Positions 1 through 12,526 of a stretch of DNA of 64,000 nucleotides are shown piece after piece. Position 1 is the stretch's first letter. The number at the start of each line of letters is the position of its first letter. Origin of the DNA: Gnetum montanum (Eukaryota; Plantae; Gnetophyta). The DNA lies in assembly GCA_015680685.1 (NCBI GenBank), contig MNCI01001687.1, forward strand, positions 222,255 through 286,254, read 5' to 3'. The notes under the pieces were generated by a model. The model ran no database searches. It was given only the letters and a program-made list of their open reading frames with translations, and had not been told where the DNA came from. The translations under genes were made by a program, and so were the position numbers.

Positions 1-1369
1 TAGCTCTTAATGTGATGCTAGATGTATTTAGTAAGTTGTCTATCTTAACTGTCGACTATGCTACTTCCATCACATAGAACATTGAGGATACCTTTGTGGT
101 CATTGTTCATACTGTACCTACCAAGGATTGGTATGATGATATTAAATTTTATCTTAGGCATGATGAATCCTCACAAGACCTGACTACTACTCAAAAGGAT
201 GTTGTATGCAAGTGATCAATCTAGTATGTCATCATAGGTGATAACACATTATGTCAATGATCCTATGATGGCATAATTCTAAGTGCTTAGGTAAAACTAA
301 AGCTAAGATAGTCCTAGACGAAGTTCACAAGGGTGTTCCTGAAGGACATATAGGACCTTGAGCCATGGCCACTAAGATTAGATGGTTAGGCTATTACTAG
401 CTCCATATGGAAGGTGACTATTTATAAAAGGTTAAGTAATGTGACATGTGCCAGCAACATAATAACCTTATATATATATCACTGACTGAGTTGCACACTA
501 CTTAGATCACTTTATCATTTCAATGATGGGGGTTGGATATCATTGCATATATAATGCCTAAGTCTTTGGTGGGACATGGCTTCATCATCACCACAATTGA
601 ATACTTTCTTGAGTAGGTTGTGGAAATTCCCATAAGGAAGACTGCATCTAAGTAGGTTTGTAAATTCATCCTAGATAATATTGTAGTCCATTTTGGCATA
701 CCCATGATCATAGTTATGGATAATGAACTATAATTTAATAGCCACAAAACAAAATATTTCTATCACAACCTAGGCATTAAGCATTCTTTCTCATCACCTT
801 ATTACAGTTAAGCCAATGAACAAGTAGAAGCAAGCAACAAGATCATCATCAACTTGCTCAAGAAGATGCTCAATAATAGAAAGCACAAATTCCATGAGTA
901 TCTTGTCAATGCACTATGGGCATGTAAAAAATCCTATTGCATGGTAATTTGTGTAACCTCTTATAGCCTAGTTTATGATTGTAAATTTGTTTTACCTCTT
1001 GAATTGTAGGTGTCTTTACTCTCAGTAGCCTTGACTGACATCATCAATGATGAGTAGAATGAGGAGTTGTAGACAACAACCTTGGACTCTATGAAGGAGC
1101 AACATATGCAAGTGCTCATTCACATTGAATACTATCAATAGAAGCAAAAGTGGTAGCATCACTATATTTTTACTAGCCATAAGATCAAGGAAGGTGGCCT
1201 AGTTCTGAAACACATCCATGAGCATGCACATAAATTCTCAGCCAACTACGAAGGGTTCTTCCTTGTCACTAGAGCCTATGAGAATGGGGCATTCAGGATA
1301 GTCAACATGGATTGGAATGATTTAGTGAATCTCATCAATAATTCCTATCTAAAGCTATACTACATGTAG
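1..1369 (+). pseudogene. pol: Degenerate pol 3' end of E1 (aRH-INT linker and integrase)
   Basis: Manual translation gives VHKGV..GH / YY*LHM / CDMCQ (HHCC), WGLDII, VMDNE, NEQVEASNK and ANYEGFF (GPY/F-like), ending YLKLYYM*. Many TAA/TAG/TGA stops. Confidence 0.9.
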
Positions 1370-1695
1370 CCAAAAATCATCAATAAGTGATCCTAATTTC
1401 AACTACTTTCCAAGGCCTGAAACTAGTTATATGACCTACTAAGACCTTAAAATAAGCACCACAATATCCTACAATCTTAAAATAGCAACATGGCCTACCA
1501 AGGCTTTAAATTGGTATCATGACCCACCATGGCCTTAAGCTAGCAACATTTGTGACCTGGGCCTATCTCTATTATAGAATTATAACATGTTTTCTTTGCT
1601 TGGTCTTTGTACATCAGTACACTTACAATGGTGTTTTGTATTCTTTGTTAGTGCCTCTTGGGTGAATCCTTCAGACACAAACAAAGAGGAGCCAT

Positions 1696-3219
1696 TGAAA
1701 CACCACAAAAGCTTTCATGTTATGATCATGTTTTATCATGTAGCTTTCACCCCATGAAACTTGAGGTAAAACTTCATTGTAAATGTGAACATTGTAATCC
1801 ATGAGGGGAAATCTCACATATGTCATACTTTGGGACTAAAAAATTCTACATAAGTGGTAAAAGTCTCATTCCCCAATTGCAAGAAGTCATCTAGTGTCTA
1901 TATATTAGCTTAGGAGGGTTAAAAATGTCTTTTGGAAAGCCAAAAATGGAAATTTGATGGGTTTTATGGGGGGTAGGGCGGGGGCATATAGGGGGTAAAA
2001 TGGAAACATATATAGGAGGTAAATTTCACATACCCTTAATGTGGAGGGATCAAGGTTTTCCCCCACAACATAGAAGCCTTTCCCCCTTTACCATGGAAGC
2101 TTTCCCCAACATGGAGACTCCATTCCCAATTTGGAAACTACATGCCCCATAGCATGGAAGGCAAAAAATCCAAATTTCATCACTCCATGCACTTCAATGT
2201 TGATCAACATCTTCAACAAGCATGGTAGAAGCATCAATGTGAAAGATTCATCTCTAGTATAGAAGGTTTACCTCTATTACTATTTATAGTTAATAGAATG
2301 GCCATGGGGGTTTAGCACTTACTATATAAGGTAACCCCCAAAATTTTGGCACTGATCTTATCTGTACAAGGTAGAAATTTGTAGCAATTACAGAGCCAAT
2401 TTACAACAAATCTGTAGCCAAATTATAGACATTTTGCAACATCATTCATGGCCCAAAACCTATAAAACCAAGACCCAAATACCATTTATAGGTTTCATAC
2501 TTTTAAAAAAATCGATATCATTGGCATTGGTTATAGACTCTTAGGAAATTTAAGACTTTTGGCATTTTCACACTTGCACATTTCTAAGAATTCAAGAGCC
2601 CTTGCAATATCCCATGCTTGCATTTTCTTGAGCCCCAGCATGAAAGCATTGTAGCCATTGTAGCATTTTTTGTGTCAGTGCTGCATTGCTAGCATTCCCA
2701 ACCCTTAGTGTGGAGAAATTTGATAGAAAAATCACTCACTTTTCTTACCTTGATTAGTAACCCAAATTATAGATCTACAATTTATAGTAGAAGAGATTTA
2801 AAAGCATCAAGAGGGGCTTGGTACCTGGATCATGAAGCAGATCATGTTGGCTTCAATGGGCTTTGAACTTCTACCTTAATGAACGTCTCTTTGCTTCTTC
2901 ATGGGCATTTCTTGTACACATTTCTAAAACTAATTATTTATTATTTTTAATAAAGTTTTAAAGTTTTATTTTATGTGCAATCTACATTTTCTTTCTATTA
3001 TATAGATTTGTAACTTTTGCATTATATTTTCTCAATTCCTTATTTAATTTTATGTGCAATTCCTTATTATATAGATTATGTCATAAGTCCCTGGGTGATC
3101 TGCCAAATCATCTAGGGCATCTTGAATCCCATTTTATTTGGAGGTCCTAGGGATTGAGGGTTGAAGCTACTACATTGAATCCATTAATTTCCCAAAGATT
3201 GATTTTTCTAATTGCAACA
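1696..3219 (+). repeat. 3' LTR of E1 (~1.52 kb)
   Basis: TG...CA termini, directly after the PPT. Homologous over its length to 11022-12526 and more distantly to 25737-27228. TATA-like CCTATAAAA at ~2459. Confidence 0.85.
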
Positions 3220-6200
3220 AAATCTAGTGAGAATATCTTGTAGGATGCACAAACTTTAAAAAAGAATAAGCAAAACGGTGGAGAAACTTTCAAAAGATTG
3301 AATGAATCAAAACTAATAATTATCAAAAATTATAGATCCACCTATCTTAATAAACATGAATTTGAATAAGAAGAAATCCCATATAAGGTTGAGAACATTA
3401 ACAAAAGAGCTAATGAGAGAAAATATAATGGTAAGAAGGTACTTTTGATAGAGGGCTTCATCTCAAACTCCATTAGTCATTCTTCTATTAGAAAGCAAGT
3501 GAGGTAAGTCATGGTAATTCTTTATTTCCTTTTTTGGTAGATCTAATATAGGCCAATCTTTAAATTTTTTTAACAAAATGTACATACCTATGTTGTATGA
3601 ATTATTTAGTCATCAAAGAAAGTATAACTTCATCATCCAATGTATGATACTACAAAAAAGGGTTTCAAAGAAAAATCAAGATAGTCTGATTATTTCTCAT
3701 GTTCTATATTATCTTACTAACTATTAAGTTATTTAGAAGTCATTAAAAATATTCATGACTAAACAAACTCTAGTTTTGAGAATCAAAAGCATTTCATTGC
3801 ATCAAACCCTATTCTATCTCTTATCATAAGATCCTACTAACATGAGATTTTGGTCATAGTTTTGCATTCTGGATACCCTTAAAGTAAAATGGAAAAATGA
3901 GCCATTACTTAATGATCAAGTAATTCAAAAGTCAAATATTATTATGATTTGTGCCTACTGATATTTTTTAAGCATTAATTTTTTTCTATAAACATTGCTA
4001 ATTTATTCTATATTCTTGAAAAATCAAGTTTGTAATCAAGTAGCATGTGGATCTTAAAAGAGTCAAAGAGGATATTGGCATTCTCCTAACAACTAATGAA
4101 TTAAGAAGCTAAGGCACACATGTAGGAGGATCCTCCTTGTAAACTATTTTGGACAATTAATTTAAGGGATTTTTATGGATATTTTTTCCAAGACATGATA
4201 CTTAGTGACCAATCTCTTGTAGGAAAAAAAAGGTATATTCATCTCATAAAAACATGAAGGTAAAAGAGAAAGTTATTTTTCATTCAATTCTTATGAATCA
4301 TTTACCTAAAAGTAATTATGCGTTATCTTGTATAATTTATCACTATGCTAAGATATTAGTGTTTCATCTTTTATATACTAATAATGTATTCTTTTAAGTA
4401 CTTAAGTCCCTTATTAATGACATTATTGAAATAGTTCTTACCTAGAAGATCTCAAGCATATTAGAGTAAGAAAAGGTACTCATGCTATCTTGTGATAGGG
4501 CTTCTTAAGGAATTTTGAAAATCAATTTATGAGATATTATAAGCTTCCTTCAGATATGTTTCTCTAATGTTTTATGAACATTTTAATTAGAAGTTATTTT
4601 GTTTGATCTCTTGATCTATTTTTGGAATTTCATCTATTTCTTAAAAAATGTGTGTGTATATACTTATTATCCTTGACATGAAATTACTATGTTTATGTTC
4701 TTAATATGAAAATGTAATGAGAAAAACCTAATGAGCATTTTCTTAGATGAATACCATGTAATGTATCTTGATGTTATCTATCTTATTTTTAATCTTTTAT
4801 TCTAATTGTTTTTTGTAAGGCCCAAGCCAATTTTTGAAGAATTCCAAAAATGGAAATAATTTCATGCCTTTTGATATGATTGTGATATAATGTATCATGG
4901 GAAAAATGGGTGTTTAAAGATAATTATGACCTTATGAATATACTTGAATAGATATGGTCTTATGATGGCATTAATATTTATTGATGCTTTATATATAGTA
5001 AATTGTAGATAGACAAGATAATCAAAATTTGTTTCTTAGCCCTTGATCATAAATGACCTTATTCAAAATTCAAAAGTATTTCCTTATGATTAATGTACTT
5101 GTGTTGTATTAAGGATGCATATTTGCATACTCATTCATCTATCATCATCCTTAGCTCAATCAATTTTTAGAGGATACTAACCCATTTTCTTAAGTTTTGG
5201 ACATCATAGAAAAGGGGAAGATTGTTGAAATTTTGGTATGCCAAAGCCTTAAGGAAAATAGAGAATATAGAATGTATGTATGTTATTGTGATTTTTTAGT
5301 GCATGAACAAGAACATCACAAAGATCTCAAAAAACTCAATGAAACAAGATCTACATCAAGATGTCAAAATAAAGACTACATGGGCTAGATGAGAGCATGG
5401 ATGAAAAAAATTCTACAAAAAAATGAGGATACTCAAAAGACTACCAAAAATAAAAATTGATACGAGATTACCATAGAATTAAAAGGTTAAAAGTTGAGTA
5501 GATATCTTCAGAAAACAACAGATGTCTATCTTCCATAGTAGACATCTCACTTTCTAGGTAGACATCTCTCCTACATTGAGGGAAATCTTAGATAGATGTC
5601 TAAACTTTTAATTAGACATCTACACTATCTATTTGGTAGTTTTTGCATGGATTCTAAATATTTTTTGAATCTTCAAGACTATAAGATGTCAAAATCTTGG
5701 GAATTTTGCAAGAATTATTCACACAAAGTTCTTGATTGTTTATTCGAAGAAAATTTAGTCTTACTCTTGATTGTAACATCATTTTCTTGATTGTAATTGT
5801 ACTTAGGCCTAAGAACAAGGATCTATAAATTTAGTTACACTCTTTCCTTATTCGTTTCTATCTTTCTTGTATCCCTTTAGGATTGATGTGCTTCTTGTGA
5901 GAAGAAATTCTAATTAAGCTTGCTAGGATCCTATAGAATTAAGTAGTTTTGCAATGTCAAAATACTCCAAAGTAGAGCTCAATTTTGTAAATGTTGTGGG
6001 ATCATCTAAACTAAATTTTAATTTTATCAAGACCTTGTGGGATTGATTGGTTTCACAATGATAAAACACTCTAGAGTGGAGCTCAAAGCTTGTCTAGGGA
6101 GTGATATCCTTCGATCCACATTCTTAAAGAAACAAAGTCCAAAGTTGTGGATGGATTATACCCTTTGAGTGTGGACATATCCAAGTTAGGAAACCACATA

Positions 6201-6298
6201 AAATTTTGTGTGTTCTTGTGGTTGATGCATTTTTAATTAGGAAACTTATTTAACCCCTCACCCCCCCCAGCCGACCCCTTCTAAGTTCTTGATCAACA
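3220..6298 (+). mobile_element. 3' portion of a degenerate Ty1/copia element, Sirevirus-like
   Basis: PPT-LTR junction AAAAGGGGAAGA-TTGTTG at ~5210-5227 resembles the Sirevirus AAAAAGGGGGAGATTGT signature. The LTR has TGTTGA...TCAACA ends and a C-rich U5 tract at ~6254-6280. The internal part is AT-rich with no recognisable ORF. Confidence 0.6.
5223..6298 (+). repeat. 3' LTR of the Sirevirus-like copia element (1076 bp)
   Basis: 6-bp terminal inverted repeat TGTTGA/TCAACA. Decayed AGACGTCT palindromes at ~5500-5690. TATA (CTATAAAT) at ~5823. Confidence 0.7.
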
Positions 6299-6399
6299 TT
6301 GCCCACAAGTCCACCTAGTAAGGAATGATACCTTAGTAAAACATTCCTATTCTAGAAGAATCTCCAAGTATATGTAACAATAAAAATCAAGTACATCAC

Positions 6400-6800
6400 C
6401 ATTTTCTAGTCAATGGAGATAATACTAGAGGCCTTAGGATTCCCCTACAAAGAGATAAAACTTATATACGTTTCATACAATCTATTATAGAATTCAAAAA
6501 GGAATGGGTCCAAAAATGCTACAACATTAATCACAAGGAGTATTACATCCTAAAAAAGATAATGATATTTTACTTTAAGATAGCATCATGCCATGTTAAT
6601 CTAATGGTATGATTTACTAAGGTGACATATTTCTTTGTCAAGATGTGCACAACTCTTAGTAGAAAGTTCCTTATGAATCTACCTAAGTAATCTTCTTAAA
6701 GGTTGATAAACATCTCAAGGAGAATAAAAATGGTAGGAAGACATTCACCTTCTCATGGTAGCAAGGATTACCTCCTATGCTAACACAATACTTTGGAGGG
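6400..6800 (-). pseudogene. Possible highly degenerate LINE ORF1 fragment (zinc-knuckle region)
   Basis: Minus-strand fragments (LPFLFSLRCL, LGRFIR, ..PCD*C..FG) loosely resemble plant L1 ORF1 near its CCHC knuckle. Several frameshifts are needed. Confidence 0.25.
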
Positions 6801-8349
6801 ATTAAGCTACATCTAGGTAATAAATGATGAAGGAGAAAGAATTTTCAAAGTTTTAAAAGGAGTAGGTACCACCACCATCACTAGCTAAAGATACTAGAGC
6901 TGTAGAGTAGTACTTGAGATAAATAAGAGAATAACAATAGTAAGTGTCTACTAGTGATGAGCCATCATACTATTCTTTTATTAGGATTTACTTAAGTGAG
7001 ATTATAAGGACCATTAGCTAGCCTTAAGACAATCTAGTTCATTTTTTTAAGAACATATAAATGAAGCTATTGAGTGTGAAAATCTTGCCATGAGAGAACT
7101 TTCAGTATTAAAATAAGTCCCAGAAATTTCTAGCAATGCTACAACCTTCTTAGTGATAATAGAGGAAGGGGAAGGAATCACTGTGGTAATTATGCAACTA
7201 AAAGGATAAGAGAAAATTTTTGATATGGTTGTTAATTATATTTACAAAGCACTAAAGGTTCTTGTAGTTGTTGTATTTAACTTTTCTACCATGGCAAACA
7301 TTCCAATGTTTACAAGAATCAAATTCCAAGAAATGACACTATTATAGCATAAAAAGATGCTAGAAATATTAGTAAATATTAGATAAGTGATTCTAGAGAT
7401 GTTTGGCATCCTAAAATATATTTGTATAATCTATTTTAAAATTTTGAAGACAAGGAGCAAGACTCTAGTCACTAAAGTACAACTATAGAAATATACCAAT
7501 ATTAACAAATAGTTGATAGAAAATGTTACATAGCTAAGAGCTTACTTATGTAGCCTTATAATTCTTTTATGAGAGCTAACAAAGAGATGAAGCTTTCTAA
7601 GAGATTTAAATGAAATTTAAGAAGGAAAAAGATGATAAAGAAAGGATCATTTGGGATGCGTCATTATTAGATGAATATTAAATACTATAGATAATGAACT
7701 TATCCAAGTGCATTGAGAAAATAAAGAGCTAACCAAGAAAAATAGAAGGTTTCTTAAGGTGGATAAAACTAGGAACAATTGGAATAATATCTTAAGTAGT
7801 TGTAATAGCAAAATTAAATTAAGATGTGATAAGGTTAGCCATAGAGAACCAAAATCTCTACATGAAGAATATATGCATCATTAGAAAAAAATTAGTAACA
7901 AAGAATGCTACCTAGAAGAATAAGGCCTTAAAGTATGAAAAAGTTAAAAATCACTCTAGGAACCCATGTGGCATGTTAAAATAAGTTAATAAAGAAGAGA
8001 TTTAATTATCCAAGGTCAAAATGAATGACACCCTTCAACAATTCCAATACCATAGTGATGCATGAAAACTCATTTTTATGGACTCAATATACATAATAAG
8101 AAAGAATGAAGGACTTATAAATTGAGGAGATGAAAAAATAAATGAATATTTCCAGATTTTAATACATATCTCTAGTAATGATTAATACTAGAAAATTGAG
8201 GTTATAATTACAAAAGTAAGTGGTCAATTCATACCTCTTACATAAGGATGCATTTAATATGCACAATGATACAAAGTAGAAGCTAGAGATAGCTAATGTG
8301 AAGCTTGAGATTCTTAGAGGTAAATTTGAAGGGCAATAAGTAGTCAAAA

Positions 8350-10770
8350 AGAACCTAAGGTTAAGGTCATATCCAAATTATCAGCACCTACCAACCTTCA
8401 AGATCTTTTGGAATTACAAGGTAGATTACAATTTATTCATAGGTTTATCGCTAGGCTTACCAATGAGTTATAGCCCATGCAATACTTTCTTAAGAAAGGA
8501 ATTCACTACAAATCGATAGATTAATGCTAAGAGGCCTTTGATAACCTTAAGTGATAACTAACACAACTTTCAATAGTCTATCCTCCACAAGAGGGTAAAC
8601 CATTTTACATTTATGTTACCATCTCTAACACATCCATTGCCTCTCTACTATGTTAGAAACATGATGAAGAAGTAGAAATGCCTATATACTACTTTAGCCA
8701 TGTGTTAATTGCTCACAAGACCTAATACACTAAGGTGGAGAAGTATCATATAGCACTAGTATTCTCTTTGAGGAAATGGAGATACTACCTCTTCAAAAGC
8801 CAAGTAAACATAATTTTCAAGGACAACATACTCAAAGCCAGAATGACCATCATCTATGAAAGTAGTCATATAGCCCAATGGAAAGCCATAACCATAGAGT
8901 TTAACCTCCATTATGTCTCTTAACCCTCAACAAAAGGTCAAGCTCTAGCTGTACAACTCACAATTTTACTTGCTAATGACCAAGTAGCCATAGATCCTGA
9001 GTTCCTTAATGAATACATTAGTAGAGTTAGCCAAGTGCTTGAGGATTATGAAGAAATCACAAACTCTGATAGAGCTTCAATCACCCATGGGGCTAGTGCT
9101 ATGACCACTGTAACATTCCCATATGATGAGATTGGACCCTTTGCCTATCATTTGGGCTTTCCATGTATCAACAACATACTAGAATATGAAGGTTTGATTA
9201 CAAGGATAATGGTAGCTTGTAACCTAGGAATTAGACATCTAGCTATCAAATGTAATTCACAACTCATAGTTAACCAAGTAACCAAAGTCTATGAATGAAA
9301 ATATAAGCACTTACAACCTTATTGTGAGCTAGGGATTTGGTTATTACAACAATTCATAGACATTGATATCCAACACATACCTCAAAAAAAAAACACCATA
9401 GCTAATGCAAATACAACATTAGCTCTTAGTGTGATGCTAAATGTGTTTAGCAAGTTGCCCACCTTAACCATGGAGTTCAATACTCCCATCACATAGAATA
9501 CTAAAGGAAACTTTGTGGACATAATTCATATTGCTTCTTCCAAGGAGTGGTATGATGATATCAAATTCTAGCTTATGCATGATGAATCCTCATAAGGGTT
9601 GACTACTACTTAGAAGGATGCCATACACAAGTGATCAAAGTAGTATGTCATCGTAGGTGATAACACATTTTGTTGAGAATCCTATGATGGCATACTCCTA
9701 AAGTGCTTAGGTAAAATTGAAGCCAAAAAAATCTTGGAGGAGGTTCATGAGGGTGTTTATAGCCATGGCTACTAAGATTAGATGGTTATCCTACTATTGG
9801 CCTTATATGGAAAATGGCTACTTGCAAAAGGTTAAGTGACATGGCATATGTCGATAATATAACAACCTGATACATGTATCACCAACTAAGTTACATACAA
9901 CCTAGATAACATGGTCATGTCAATGATGGGGATTGGATATCATTGGAATTATAACACCTAAATCTTCCATAGGACATAGCTTCATCATCACGACAATCAA
10001 ATAATTTACCAAATGGATTGAGGCTATTCCCCTAAGGAAGACCACATATGAGCAAGTTCGAAAATTTATCCTAGATAACATTGTATCTTATTTGAGCATA
10101 CCCATGACCATAGTTACTAATAATGAACCTCAATTTAGTAGCTAATAAACTAAGGATTTTTGTCACAACCTAGGAATTAAGCATTCTTGCTCATCATGTT
10201 ACTACGCTCAAGTTAATGGACAAGTAGAAACAAGCAATAAGGCCATCATCAACTTACTCAAGAAGATGCTCAACAATAGCAAGTAGAAGTGGCATGAGTG
10301 GCTTGTTCATGTACTATGAACATACACAACAACCTATCACATGGTGATCAGCATGATCCCTTATAACCATGTTTATGTTTTTGAAGCTACTTTACCTCTT
10401 AAATTGTAGGTCCCATCACTCCGAGTAGCCTTGACTAACTTCATCAACGATGATTAAAATAAAGAGTTATGGATGGTAGCCATAGATTTGGTGAAGGAGT
10501 GGTGTATGTAAGCACTTTCTCACATTGATCACTATCAAGAGAGATAGAACTAGCAACATCACCATGACTTAACCATTTACATAATCAAGGAGGAAAACCT
10601 ACTCCTCAAGGCCATTTGTGAGCATGCAGACAAATTTATAGCTAATTGGGAAGGACCTTTCCATAATCATCAAAGCGTATGCAAATGCCGCATTCAGAAT
10701 ACCCAACATAGATGGAAATAACATATTCAATCTAGTAAATCATTCCTATCTAAAACCATACTACATGTAG
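8350..10770 (+). pseudogene. pol: Degenerate pol of E2 (RT thumb, RH, archaeal-type RNase H, integrase)
   Basis: ORF pieces at 8735 (EKYHIALVFSLRKWRYYL, RH) and 9035 (NNILEYEGLI...CNSQLIVNQV, aRH). Integrase motifs WGLDII, KWIEAIP and NGQVETSNK, ending YLKPYYM*. Confidence 0.9.
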
Positions 10771-11021
10771 TTGATAGATCATTAGCAAGCGATCTTTCTT
10801 TCAATGGTATGCTATGACCTTAAATGAGCAACATGGCTAGGCAGGGCCTTAAACTAATATAATGGCCTACCATGACCTTAAACTAGAAACCTTGTTGACC
10901 TCTATAGCCTAATTCTCATATGACCCATATGCATTATAGAGTGATAATATGTAGTGGTGTTTTTTATTCTTTGTTAGTGCCTCTTGGGTCAATCCTCAAG
11001 GCACCAAAAAAGAGGGGTCAT

Positions 11022-12526
11022 TGAAACACCAAAAAAAATTTCATATTATAGCCAATCATCATCATGTAGCTTTCATACCTTAAAACCAAAAGTAAAACTT
11101 CATTGTAAATGTGAAAATTGTAACCCACAGTGGAACATTTCACATACTTTATACTTTTGGGGCTACAAAATGCTTCACAAGCAGTTAAAGCCTAATTTCC
11201 CAAGAGAAAAAGGTTACCTAGTTTCTATATTTGGGCTTTGGCATGTCAAAATTCCTTTTGGAGTGTCAAAAAATGAAGTTTAATGGGTTTTATGGAGGTT
11301 ATACATTTTTCTAAGCTAGAAACACATGTAGGGAGGTAGATCTCACCTTTTCCTAGTGTGGAAGGATGGGGGTTTTGGAAACCTTCCTCCCTCAATGTGG
11401 ACCACATGCACAACCTAGAAACGTTTCCCCCTCAGCATGGAAAATTCAATCCCCTAGCGTGGATGCCATAGAATCAAAAATTCATCACTTCATGCATTTC
11501 AACATTGACTAGCTACTTTACCAAGCATGGTGGAGAGCTTAGCATAGAATATTTAACTCTAGTGTGGAAGATGTGACCTAGTTACTGTTTATAGTAAATA
11601 GAATGGCCATGGGATGAGTACTTACTATGTATAGTAACCCCCCAAATTTTTTGACCCATCTCAACTAAATTTGGATTCCAATTTGTATCCATTTTTCAGC
11701 CAATTTATATCCAATTTTTAGCCATGTTTGCAGCCAAATCATATGCATTTTGTAACCCCATTTATGATCCATGGAACCTATAAAAACCAACCTCAAACAC
11801 CATTTACAGGTTTAGCAATTTTTCTCAAGTTTCAGAAAGTTGAAACTAAGTTTAGTATTATCAAGAAAGTTTTGGCATACAAACAACATTTTTCATAGTT
11901 CCATACTTGGGGAATTATTAGGTACTCAAGAGCTCTTGCAAGTTTCATTACTTGCATCCTCTTGAACCCTAGCATGGAAGCACTATAGCCTTGAGATTTT
12001 TTGATTTTGGATGTCAACATTACACTTCTAGGATTTCCAAACCCTAGCATGGAGCAATTTGGTATCAAAATTTTTCACCTTTGTCTCCTACAATAGTGAT
12101 TCAATTATCATATCTAAGGTTACAAAAGTAAAGGAAGGTTTGATAGCATCAAGAGTGGCTTAGCAACTAGATTGTGGAGCAGATCACATAAGCTTCAATG
12201 GGCTTTGAACTTCTGCATACGTGAACTACCTTTTTTTCTCATCCAAGCACCATTTGTACACATTTCTCTAACCTACTCTTTATTCTTTCCCATTAAAGTT
12301 TTATTTTTTGAGTTTTGTGTTCAAAAATAAATTTATTTTCTATGCATTTTTAGATCTATTTGTATTCCCATGTTTTTCATTTCGTAAGTCCTTAGTTGAT
12401 CTCCTAAACTCACCAAGGCATCTCAAATCCCATTTTTCTTATGGAGTCCCTAGGAATTTAGGGTGTAAAACTGCTACACCATGGATCCTAGGTCTTTTCT
12501 AGTTACTAAGATTTTTGATCACAACA
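11022..12526 (+). repeat. 3' LTR of E2 (~1.5 kb)
   Basis: TGAAACACC...CACAACA. Homologous to the E1 LTR. Confidence 0.85.

Larger units (their letters stand above)
1..3219 (+). mobile_element. E1: 3' portion of a degenerate Ty3/gypsy Tat-lineage LTR retrotransposon (integrase, 3' UTR, PPT, 3' LTR)
   Basis: Integrase remnant at 1-1369, PPT AAAGAGGAGCCA at ~1683-1694, LTR from TGAAACACC (1696) to GCAACA (3219). Collinear with E2 (9420-12526). Confidence 0.9.
8350..12526 (+). mobile_element. E2: 3' half of a degenerate Tat-lineage element (end of RT, RH, aRH, INT, PPT, 3' LTR)
   Basis: Pol remnant starting KVKVISKLSAPTNLQDLLELQGRLQFIHRFI, PPT AAAGAGGGGTCA at ~11009-11020, LTR 11022-12526. Confidence 0.9.

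Noticed and set aside
7340-8349. A-rich stretch with a coiled-coil/gag-like look
   Set aside because: Too degenerate to assign. No diagnostic motif or element boundary was found.
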